Positions 1-11,566 of a stretch of DNA of 64,000 bases are shown here, piece by piece (position 1 is the first letter of the stretch; every line of letters begins with the position of its first letter). The stretch is from Paramecium tetraurelia (taxonomy: Eukaryota): positions 62,001-126,000 of the forward strand of contig CT868008.1 in assembly GCA_000165425.1 (NCBI GenBank), written 5' to 3'. A program made the position numbers and the translations under genes. Below the pieces are notes generated by a model. It ran no database searches, was not told where the DNA came from, and was given only the letters and a program-made list of their open reading frames with translations.

Positions 1-365
1 TTATGTATTTCTTCTAATATTAAAACCAGTTCTATTGATAGTTAGAAAACAGATTTTAAACTCAACTTTTTCCTTTACTTTAGGATTGAGGATAAATCTT
101 TTTATAACATTTCCATGACGATAACATTGTAAGAATCCTCCCAACCATAATATAACATTTAAGGCACTCCTCTAACATTTGATAATCTTGACAAAATTTC
201 AACTTCTCTTTCAAGTGATCGCAAATGCTCATTTTCTGGCCTCTCTATTTTTATAGCCACTTGATTTCCATTTTTTTAATCAATTCCTTACATTACTATT
301 CCAAAAGACCCTGACGATATCTTCTTTTAAGTGACGAACTGATTATTAATTTTGAGTTATTTCAT
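1..365 (-). CDS. Casein kinase 1 family kinase (N-terminal part; continues off the window edge)
   Basis: Ciliate-code translation MKQLKINNQFVTQKKISSGSFGIVMQG...VAIKIERPENEHLRSLEREVEILSRLSNVRGVPQMLYYGWEDSYNVIVMEMLQKDL...KKLSLKSV shows the CK1 Gly-loop, VAIK and LSLK motifs. Confidence 0.9.
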
Positions 366-384
366 ACAGATTATTTTAATAAAT

Positions 385-867
385 ATGTAAGAAAATACAT
401 AGACTTTCGAAGCTATCCAATAATTATTGAATACTAATAATATCCAATTCAAATTATTGATTCATGAACCTACTAAGACATCGGAAGAATCAGCCAAGGT
501 GAGAGGAGTCTCCTTAGATAGTGGAGCAAAAGCAATGTTATTATAAAACAAAAAAACTTAACTTTTTATATTATGTGTAATGTCTGCTTCCAAGAAATTA
601 TCTTGGAAATTAATAAGAAAGCTCCTAGATTGTAAATAACTGGATTTAGCTAATGAACAATAAGTCTATGAAGTTACTAAGTGTGTCACTGGTGCAGTCC
701 CTCCTTTCGGAAGTATATTCAAAGTTCAAACTTATTTGGACCCATCATTAATAACACAAGGAGATTAGATCAATTTCAATTGTGGACTTAGAACACACAG
801 TGTTGCAATGTCAATTCAAGATTATTTAAAAATAGAGAATCCTATATAATTGTAATTCTGTGAATGA
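385..867 (+). CDS. YbaK/ProX-superfamily stand-alone aminoacyl-tRNA deacylase (YeaK/ProXp-y-like)
   Basis: Intronless 160-aa ORF: HEPTKTSEESAKVRGVSLDSGAKAMLL...GAVPPFGS...INFNCGLRTHSVAMSIQDYLKIENP. Conserved AK, GxxxP and FNxG motifs. Confidence 0.88.
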
Positions 868-890
868 TCAATTATAAAATAAATATTAAA

Positions 891-1222
891 ATGAGTAAAA
901 TTACAAAGGAGGAAGCCTATAAGTTAAAGAAATTGTTCTTTAAATCCTAAAATATACTCGATAAATATTAACCTAAGAAATATACCAACATTTCCTCTCG
1001 ATTACCATCTCTTCAAACTTGTCAATCACCAAAAACAGTCTTGCCAATGAAACAGTGTGTTACTTAATCGATTAAAGAACTTCTAGTAATCTCTATATTA
1101 AAACTAATTAGAATGCCAATGTATATTAATATATTGAAGGAATCCTGTACACCGAAGATTGTGTAATGCCTCTAAAAAAATAACCTTAGAAAGTTAAAAA
1201 AATTGTTAGATTTGTTGATTGA
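891..1222 (+). CDS. Small hypothetical protein
   Basis: Open frame from ATG at 891, one 26-nt gtaatc..ttag intron, ends ...KKIVRFVD-TGA. Confidence 0.55.
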
Positions 1223-1588
1223 TATTATGCACTATTCAATATCACTATTTTGTATTTCAATAAATCTAAATATATTAAATTTGTTCTTTTTATGAAATAT
1301 CTGAAATTCAACAGTCAGTGATCAAATAATAAATCAAAAATATATTTAGGATTATTAATTTAATTCTAGGTTTTCGTTGATTTAGTTGTTTTAATTACGA
1401 TATAGCATCTACAAGATTGCTTTAATCATTTATTTCCTTAATCCGTAATTATTTCGATTTCTGTAATTAAATTGATTTTAATAATATTATTTGCAAAAAT
1501 AATAATTAGATTTTATTGGATTTTTCCAATTATATATAGAAAATTGAGTTTAAATCAAATCAATAAATTAACAATATATTAAATTTCT

Positions 1589-2288
1589 TCAATTTCCTTA
1601 TTTAATTTTCCTTCTTGTTCCATTTAATGCTCCATCTAGCTACGTTAATGAAGCGATTATATTGAAAATCATAAATATTAAAGTACTAGCAAGAAAATAA
1701 TAAAATTGTTTGATATTTCCTTTTCCTATACATTTTCCAGTCCATGGACAATGATGATCCATCTCCTAAATGCATACATCACAATCACTACAATGCACTG
1801 TACCATGTAATTGTAACAATTTACATTTGGGACAATACCAAGTCTTACTATCATTTTACATGTCTAATTATGGTGCACATCTTGTCCTAGTTTCAATTTA
1901 ATTATTTTTATCATAATTAATTACTCCTGGATTAATTAAAGCAACCCAAGCATAACTCCAACATTGATTTACACAGACTAAAAAAGTTGCCCACTTGATG
2001 AATTCAGATGAAGTGCTTGTAAAATGCCAACCTATTAAAAAGATACTTGCTGCAACAAATAAAGAATATGCACAAATAAACAATGGCCCTATTTTATAAT
2101 ATTAGTAAAATATTACAATGAGGGCCAATGACAATTTTTGGTATATTGTTTTTTAAAAATAATGGGTAGCAATTTCCCCATCTAATATCGACAGGAGTTT
2201 GATAACTTTCATCGAGCTCTAGAGGTTCAGGGGCCATAGATTTTAAACCAGTTTCTTCATCGCATTTTTAAGAAGAATCCAAACTCAT
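1589..2288 (-). CDS. DHHC zinc-finger palmitoyltransferase
   Basis: [25 protein letters not shown] with flanking transmembrane segments. Confidence 0.93.
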
Positions 2289-2375
2289 AATAATTTGTTT
2301 TTATTTTATTGAATTTAGAATAGTGATAAAATGTAGACATTAATTGATTTAAAATTATTTATTTATTGAATAATA

Positions 2376-4023
2376 TCATTCATCAATTCCTGTGATATCT
2401 AATTATTTTTCATGAATGGTTCTATATCCTGCTCTAAGATAATAAAACAATAAGATAACTATGCTAGCAACAGTTACAATTTTGCCTGAATAATATAATG
2501 ATACTTTCTTTGGTTCCACAATTTCAAGATATTAACCTTAGATGATGTTTTAACATATCGAAAATAAAGCTAAGTGGAACAATTCAAAAAATCTTAATGA
2601 TTATACTATGTGTGTATAAGATCTTCTGGGAAGACCAAATTTCTTAGATTGATCATAAGTAATCATCCAATTTTTCCATCCATCACTTGCCACCTCTTCC
2701 CGAATCATTTTTTTGTCTATTCCAAAGGTTACTTAATAAAAAGAGAGTGTTTTCATTCCTAATGCACTTTCTTTATAAGGTAAAAATAAAGTTCTTGCAT
2801 AGATATTCAAGAATAATGATTTTATATAACTTTTAATTACATACAAAACTCCTTTCTCTATAGGCTGTTCTTAATTTTCCTATATTTTACCATCTTGTTT
2901 TTCATCATCTTGTCTTTCAACAGATTATTGCTATGATGAATTGACCTCCTCGCTTTTTTAATAATCAAATAAAGTAAATAAAAATGTGCATGAAATACTA
3001 TAGATTAAATATCCTACTCCAATTATTAAAAGGGGTATAGTTTCAAATTCGCTAAACTTGATATAATAGCCTATTAATAAAGATTTGCATAGTAATTCTA
3101 CATATCTACATAAAAACCACTTAAAAGCACTATTAATTATACTATAAAATTTACTCTTTAAGGGTAGAAGCTGATTTATCAAAAAATTAAATCTCATATA
3201 AACAGATAACACTTGCGAACACCATGCATCCATAACTTGTTGTGAGAATTATGTTCTACAGTTTACCAAAAACATCAATTTATTATTGATTGCCTATTAG
3301 CCAAACAGCCATCACAAAAATTGCAGGTATATATCCAAATATAGCAGAGAATCCAAATTTATAGGGAATTAACCACTATCGTTATTTTTTTTAGGTTCTT
3401 AAGGAAGCAATTTTAATAGCATAATCAGCAGTTAATTGTTTCACATCAATTTATGGTTACTTATCTTAAACTTTGTTGGCTTGTTTTTTCTTTTTTGTAT
3501 ATCGCTCATCTTCTAATTGCAATTAATCTTCAATTAATTTAACTTGTTTAGTGATTTAAAAATTCAGTATTGGAAGGTCTAAAAGTAAGAGTGAAGCAAT
3601 TGTTATTCCAAGCATTTTACAATAATATTTACATCCTTTTGTTTCATTTTAGGCATCCTTTTATGATTCTTACATTGTATCATCAAAATTTTGTATATCA
3701 CCTATTGTTTTGTAATGAATGATATTCACTCCTTAGTAAGTCACATAGAATAGAGATAGTATTGATGATACTATTATGAAATAGATAAAACTATATAGAC
3801 TAATAAATAAATACCTTTAGTAAAGGAAGTAATATATTAGAAGCAATAACGATGCAATTCCAATATAATTAAACATTGTTTAGATGCAAAAATAGAAGCC
3901 CTAAATAGTACTTGGGCTATTTAAAAATTTAATGAAATGCCTCTTTGCTCTTTTAAGCTTTTTGGAGAAGGGAACTGATTTCTTTTTAGCCACAGGCTAT
4001 TGTTAATTTTAATCTTATTTCAT
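2376..4023 (-). CDS. Multi-pass membrane protein, possibly XK-related
   Basis: Long ciliate-code frame with many hydrophobic helices and tiny introns; segments FKWFLCRYVELLCKSLLIGYY and LRFFELFHLALF. Confidence 0.6.
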
Positions 4024-4104
4024 AACTGTATTTATATAATTATATTAATATTGTTTATTGTAAATTATATTGAATTAATAACCTTAATATATAGTAGGTA
4101 TAAA

Positions 4105-4674
4105 ATGTAGCTAGATCAGGAAACTCTAAATCTATTATTCAAAGAACTATTTAATTTAGATTCGCTACCTAATAAGGATAGTGAAGAGTTAACATAGTAA
4201 TACTTATATTATGATAACACTGAGAGAAAATTTCTAAAATGTTTTCACAATAAATAATTAAATAATGAAAATGAAGCTAAGTATACCCTATCATCATTGA
4301 ATAGATTATTACATCGATTTATTGCCAGACTTGCTGAAGCTTATTAAGTATTGTTAGCTAAAAAGTCAATATTTAGATCAAAAGCATCAACATTTCAACC
4401 AACTATTTATAATAGTTTATCAAACATGTATGATGGCAAATAGGGAGTTTTTATATCAATTATTCAGTCCATATTCACTGAATGCAAATTGTAATTAGAA
4501 ATTGCCCATAGGAAACTAACCAATGATGATATAGTTAAGCGAGTGAGTATTATGTTCTATCGTTATAAAGATTCATAGTTAAGATTATGGCTCCTAGAAC
4601 ATCCAATCTTTATAACAATCATAATAGGGGTCCATAACTCAATTATTGTTACAAAGAAATAGCCCTTAACCTGA
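4105..4674 (+). CDS. Hypothetical protein
   Basis: 570-nt ATG..TGA frame starting MQLDQETLNLLFKELFNLDSLP. Confidence 0.6.
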
Positions 4675-4789
4675 ATGGTAAATCAATATCAACAACAATA
4701 AAAATCTCAGCTAATATTATAAAAAAACTTATTTTAAGCTTTATGATTTACTTTTAATAGACAAGTATATAACTAATCATATAAGTAGA

Positions 4790-5338
4790 ATGCAAGAAGA
4801 TTAAATTCTTTATTTTTAAAGCAAATAATAAAACATGGAAAAATTATACTAATAATTAATGTAATAGAATACTCATATTAAGAAATCTTTGAATTGGGCT
4901 GTCGATCTAGACACAACTGAATATGAAAAACATCTTAAATTATTGCAAATCAAATAAGACTTGACTTTTCAAAATAATCAATCTCCACCTGTCAATATAA
5001 TAAAAACTGATTAATTTGATTGCAACAAGACATGCAGCTCATTTTTCTCTTAAAACCAAAAATATAAAGTTAGAAGTTTCTCTTAAAATTCCAAAGTGAA
5101 GGATCTTTATTCATTTAGCGATAAAATTAACCTTTTTCGTCCAAACTACTAGGATTCCATTAAATTTAGAATTTCCTAATCACATTTAGATAATTATAAA
5201 CAATAATAATGTTCATTAGCTTAATAATAAATATTAAGATAATCTCCTGTAATTAATATATTAACAAGGAAAAGGATTTTTGAATAATAAACTCAAAATT
5301 CCAAAAAAAAAAATAAGGCTTGTAGATTTAAAAATTGA
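4790..5338 (+). CDS. Hypothetical protein
   Basis: 549-nt ATG..TGA frame starting MQEDQILYFQSKQQNMEK. Confidence 0.5.
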
Positions 5339-5382
5339 TCTTAATTTTTCACAAATATTTTAATATACTTATTTATACGTTT

Positions 5383-5917
5383 TCATTTTTTTAAGAAATG
5401 TTACAACACACTTTTGTACTAATCTTTAGCAAATTAGGTATGTTATTAAAGACAAACTCCTAATTAACTAACTAAATTGGAATAGCATTCTTAAATAATG
5501 TTATAAATTATTACAATCCATATCAGTCGAGCTCATGCATTTTGATTCTTATTATTAAAATTAATGCTAGAGATAGAGATAAAAATACATCACATTATCC
5601 TATTTTATCTCCTATCGATTTTCTAATATATAAATATGGATCTAAACATTATCTGGCGCAAGCATCAGATTATTTTCGATTGAAATCTGCAGTGCCAAAA
5701 CAACCCATTTAACATTCATGCGTCAATTTCTAATAAATAAAGGTATAGCCTATAGTACTTTAAATAATTTGTATTCTGTAGTCAGCTCATCAAAGAAATG
5801 GTCAAATTTTTGATCTTTTTATCTATAAAATCCTTACAATTTCTTATTGAGATTGTTAGTATCCTTACTAAATTCAAAGTTAAGATTATTATTGTTATTA
5901 TTGATATTATTTTACAT
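5383..5917 (-). CDS. Small Cys-patterned helical protein (twin Cx3C, FAM136A/DUF842-like)
   Basis: After removing tiny introns: HECQMGCF...DACARQCLDP...IGQCD...SKCMS. The 3' exon structure is uncertain. Confidence 0.4.
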
Positions 5918-5942
5918 ATTATTATAATTTAATTTATTATAC

Positions 5943-8108
5943 TCAAATTATTTGATTAGAAAACCATTAATTTTCTTTGAAATAATAATGAATCTTTTGT
6001 TCTTCCTTATATGGTCTAAAAATAGATTCAAACTTAGTTCTCGAATCTGCAATTACTTAAGGCATTGTCTATTTTGTTTAAATAATATCAAATGGAGAAA
6101 TTTTTATCACTTTAAAATTTTCAGATAAATTGTTTTTATCTTGCATATTAAATTTTTCAATGTCTGTTAGTTATTTTTCAGCAATTTAATCTAAAACTTA
6201 ATCAGGAAATTTAGTATGAAAATTTTTTTTTTCTTCCTTATCAATCAAACTCCAGTGGTTTTCAATATTTTCAATCAAAGAATTTTGTTAAGCTTTGATC
6301 TAATAGATTTCTTTTGATAATGGAAAATGCCATAACAAGGATACATTTTATGATAATTATTTATAGTTTTTAGATCTTCTATCCAAATAAATATAAATAT
6401 TTCCATTTTATATTAATCTGCATCTTCCCAAAAATGATTCTGGCTCATTTTCATAAATATAACTTAAAGTAAAATACTAGCAAAAGTCTAATTGTTAATT
6501 ACTCAACCTTGATTTTTCTATTTATTATTCCCATTGCAATAAATTTGCATTCATTTGTAAAAATGATTAATAAATTGTTATTATTTTTATTATAACAATT
6601 AATCTACAATTTCAGAAATTTTTTATTTTTTAGGTATTGAAAGTAAGAGTGAAAGAATCTAGAAGATACATCATAGCTAAGATTTTTTTATCAAACAATT
6701 TATAAAATGAAAAATCTAATGAAATAAAACTTTTTGTTGATGTGTTGAAATGAAATAACTATAGAGAGCTAAAATTTATATTACAAAGATATTTATATTC
6801 TAATTATATCTTACTAGTATTTATAATCAATTTTATTTAATTTTAGGTCCAACCTTTTCGGAGAAGTATTTAATTTTTATTTTATTCTTGAATACATTAA
6901 ATTCTTAAAGCACCAGAGTGATTTAAATTACAATAATAAATAAAATGGATAGTATGGCACAAATCAATTGAAGAGTTGGCTAATAAGGCATTATTGATTT
7001 ATTTTTGGAGTTATATATTTTAGTGGGTAAATGCTTTTCCTTAATCATTAAATCTAGTTTTTGCTTTTATATTACATCAATTGCATCATTTAATTCTTTC
7101 CTAAACCATGGGGGATCATTTTTATTTATCAGAATATGATGAGCAATATTAGTATTTAATTTCACTTAATATCTTAACTTACTCAAATACATTTTATGCT
7201 ATTCTAAAAATATTAATAAATTAAATTCACTCATGATTACAACATCAACAATTTATTCATTTAGCATTTACATGCATTATAATTAACTATCACCAACCTT
7301 TTTTTACAACCCTCTATCCCTATCAAAAAGATTTTGAAGGAATTAGTCCTATTCAAAATAACAAGCAATTGCATTGATATCTTTCATATCTTAGATTGTA
7401 TTAAAATTTGATTTTGCCAATGAATTAATTATAAGATAAATGAAATCCGAAAATAAAATTATAACTATTAAGAAACTTACCATAGCAAAAACAAATCGAT
7501 AGACCTGCTTACAAATATTATCTGTTTCAGGTCTACTCTATCCTCCAAACCAAATAAATGACTCTTTTATTTTAAAATAATATGGCTTATCTTCGACATA
7601 ATCAAGTATGAAAAACGCAATAAAGTTTAAATTAATCAATATCCATGGCAATATCAAATAAGCAAAATAAATAAATATTTGTATTAAAATTTTAAGTGCT
7701 ACAGGCCAAAAATTGTCCAAAAATACAAATAAATAATTTTCTTTATAATAATTATCCAATACCTGAAACGATGATAGGTGATAAATCATAAACTGACCTG
7801 TTATAATCAAACTAATTTTCAATATAACTTTGAGACACTGAATAATCATATATTTGAAAAAAATTTAGAATTATTTCATTATCTTAATTATTATACATTG
7901 ACTTGTCTTTAAATTCAAATTCTTTAATGATAACAACAAGTTTACTTGAATTTATAAATAATGTGTCCTTATTATTCATAACCAAAATTATTAATTACCA
8001 CATGTCTATCAAAATTCCAATGGGTTCATCATTTCTAACATAAGATAAGGCTTCTTGATTCAACACAGCAACACTTGCATTGTGGTAAAAAAATTCAATA
8101 AATGTCAT
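5943..8108 (-). CDS. Large hypothetical protein with hydrophobic segments
   Basis: Long reading frame open only in the ciliate code. The true start may lie further upstream (to ~8450). No family recognised. Confidence 0.5.
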
Positions 8109-9169
8109 GTAACAAATTAATATTATATTAAATTTTTTATATTTCTTAACTAATCATACATAAACCTTTTCCCTTCTTTATGAGAATTAAATTGCTTTAT
8201 ATTGATAATGTTAAGTAAGGAAAGAAAATATTAATATTTCATGCTCCATCTATGTTGGGTAAAAAAACTAAAGGAGTAATCATACCAACTTTAATAAGCG
8301 ATTGACAATTTGTGATAAATTTTTTGGATTAAAGTACTTTGTTATTTTCCTTTATCAATTACCTTCTATTGCTATTGCCACTAAATTGTGGCATTCGAAA
8401 GAAATATGCCATGAAAACTAGAAATGAACCCAATCACAACTCCCATTTTCTTTCTCGAATTTAAGCAAGAAGATAAGATCCGTAATATAGTTAAATGTAT
8501 TTTAATCAAATTAATTATGTTACCTCTAACAAATTTCAGATTACAATTTAATAGTTTTTAATATTATATATAGCTATTATTAATATTTATAAATTAATAT
8601 TATTATCAAATAATTATATTCTTTAAATAAACACATTAATAGACATTTAATTTTCATCGTATTTAGTTCAAAAATCTATACATTTGATTATAGAAAATTA
8701 TAGTTTATTTACAAGTCAATTTATTTTTATTTAATCAATCAATATTCTTTGGTAAACACTTAATATAATTTTTAAGAAATTCAAAATTTCTCACAATAAA
8801 GCATTATTAAGTCTTTGATCTACTCAATAGATACATAATAATTGGATGACAATAAAATAACAATAGACTAGTATTGTATCTTTGATTTTCTGAATAAAAT
8901 TATTAATGCAATTACTTCGAGCTCATTTTAACAGTGCGAAATTTATTTTCAAATCAGTTGAAGCATTTTTGATTATCTCAGATAGTCATAATTGGCAGAA
9001 ATAAACTGAAAATCACTTTCTTCCATGGTTATATGAAGATTGTATGATGATTTTTTATAATTAAAAAATTGTATAAATTGTAGATTTTTTCTAATTATTA
9101 ACAATTTAACATAAAATGGAAATATAAATTAAGAAATGATTTAGATGTTACATTAAATTAATTAATAAA

Positions 9170-10161
9170 ATGTGCTTACCTTTGGGTTGTTTAAAGTTTT
9201 CTGTGTAGTTCTAAGCATGGGTAATACTAATTGTTGGAGTATCTTCATTAATTGGAACAATCGTCATAAATGTCGATCAGAGATAATACTTAGACTATTT
9301 AGATGAATTTACAAATGTATAAATATATTATAAGTTAAGTCTAAACCGTCAGATGGAATATTAATAGCATTATACATATTCAGTAGTATATTAATACTTT
9401 TTGGAATTTGCGGAATAGTAGGAGGATGGAAAAGAATTGGAACACTGTTATTTTGTTTTAATATTGGAAATTTCATACTTGCAATAGCTTTTCTGGGTCT
9501 TGCGATTCTTGGATTTAGTCTTGGATAGTCAGCTCATTGGATAGATATTTTTTCAGGTTTAATACTTTATATATTTAAAGATGAATAATGCTTATAATCA
9601 GAATACTTTACTGGATCTGCTACTTTGAATAATGTGTATGCTGAAGCTGAGGAAGTATTTTGTAAAACAATTTACAAAAATGCTCCTGGTTGTCAATGTT
9701 ATTACACTGGAAGCATGACAGAAAGCACATCTGAATCTGTTCAATTTTATTCAAGTTCTAATTCAGATTTAGTATGAAATTTATACTATGTAGCCTATAA
9801 GAATACAATAATGCTAATAATATAATGATTATAAATCAGACTACGATGAAGAGGCAGAATATTTAAAGTCTATCGAAGAATAATTTTCATGTTCAGGATG
9901 GTGTTTTCCTTCATCAATTTACATTTTTTCAGATGTAAATGCAGGAACTCCAAAGTAATTATTTTTTATCAAACCATTAGGGATCACTGTTATGGGGCAA
10001 TAACAGGATATGCAAAAGATATTTGTGTCTATATTGGTGCCGTAGCTGTTAGTGTTTGTTTCATAATGATATTATGCATAACATGCGTATTGTGTTTGTG
10101 CTTCCACCCAACTAAAAAATAAGAAGGAAACTTCTATTCTAGAATGGCTCATTATGATTGA
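9170..10161 (+). CDS. Tetraspanin-family protein
   Basis: Four TM helices (MCLPLGCLKFSVQFQAWVILIVG; LFGICGIVGGWKR; LLFCFNIGNF; C-terminal VAVSVCFIMILC) and a Cys-rich large loop with FSCSGWC. Confidence 0.8.
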
Positions 10162-10829
10162 TGTATTAATCAAAATTTGTTTGAAATATCTAATTATAAA
10201 TGAGTCTACAATTAATTCAATTCTTTTGTATAAACTAGAATATATTTATGTTGTGGTTATTAACATATTATTTCAAATTTTCAATCAAACAATATTTTGA
10301 TTAATTATTAAAAATGCAATGAACTACAAAGAGTCATCATACAAATATATTTAATTGTTATTGATAAATGTTGAACCTTAACTGAAAATTATTCCAATTT
10401 TTAAGTACTTAAATAAAGATGTCAATATGAAGGTGCTCCAAAAATAAGTTTTGTCCTAGAAATCTAAACGCTCTTATGAGGTTTTTTAAGAAACTAGTTT
10501 ATAAATTAGTATACCTCTATATTTTCTTCCAAAATCTATTAGCTCTTATGTAGATTGAACAAATAATTAGGAGAATATTTAGAGTAAATATAACATGGAT
10601 TGCATCAATTTATTCGTTTATTGTTTCAAAACAGAAAATTTGGTTATTTTGATAATATTAAATCAGAAATAGCCTGTTTGATAACATCAATGAAGTCAAA
10701 ATTTCCAAAGTGATTTTCTTAAAATTTAAACTTTAATTTTTGTGATCACCTAGAACAATCTTAAATTATAAAGAGGCTTATAGAAAAGAGATTAAATCAT
10801 TAAATAATGTTGTATTAATAATTGAATCA

Positions 10830-11048
10830 TCATTTAGGAGGATGTTACTATGCTTATTTTTACATTTCATGCGTAGCCGAATCAAATTATGTTCTCTAAT
10901 GTGTAATTATTAAAGAAGTACTTCTTAAGTTTTTTTCACTAAAGCTCCTTTCTTTTTGGGACCATCCTTATATTTCTCAGCCATTAATCTTGCCTATTTC
11001 TGCATTTCATCTTCGCCATCCTAAGTCGTAATCGAACATATATACCAT
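10830..11048 (-). CDS. Endosulfine/ARPP19/Igo-family small protein (55 aa)
   Basis: Exons joined across introns 11045-11021 (25 nt) and 10921-10896 (26 nt): MDGEDEMQKQARLMAEKYKDGPKKKGALVKKTQERTQFDSATHEMQKQAQQHPPK. Pattern KY..P.KK..L....R..FDSA. Confidence 0.8.
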
Positions 11049-11566
11049 CTTCTTCTAATCAATTTAATAAATAATTATTAAAATATATGCCTGAAATCAA
11101 TTAAAATTGATTTTTTGTTTAATGATTTCTATAAATACAGAATGTTATATAATTGGACAAAATGACTTGGACACTAAAGAATGCTAATTTTTATTGAAAT
11201 AGCCTTGATTAATACTAGTGTCATATGAATTAAATTACCTTAAAATTAGCTAGTTATTTTGGTTTCCTAAAAATAGAGTTATATCCAATTTGGATAATTT
11301 TGGAAGGCCAACTAAACTTTTAATAGACTTGCTTAAATTCAATTAAAAACCAAAACTTATTTGTAGATTAAAAAATCAATGGTTAAGATTTTGGGTTCTT
11401 TATTTTTTTAATATTGATTTATTAGTTATGAATGAATTTTCTAGAGCAAAATATGTTTGTAAATAAATTTGCAGCTGAATCATTAAATCTTAGCTGTTCA
11501 TATATCAAAATTGTGTGGATATATTTTTTTAGTACTTTTATAATAAAAATAGGGAATAAAATTTTT

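Noticed and set aside
10319..10810. Short plus-strand frames; similar fragments at ~25300-25640, ~31680-31930, ~39300-40350 and ~41950-42260
   Set aside because: May be small genes, but I could not establish consistent start, intron and stop structure or any motif
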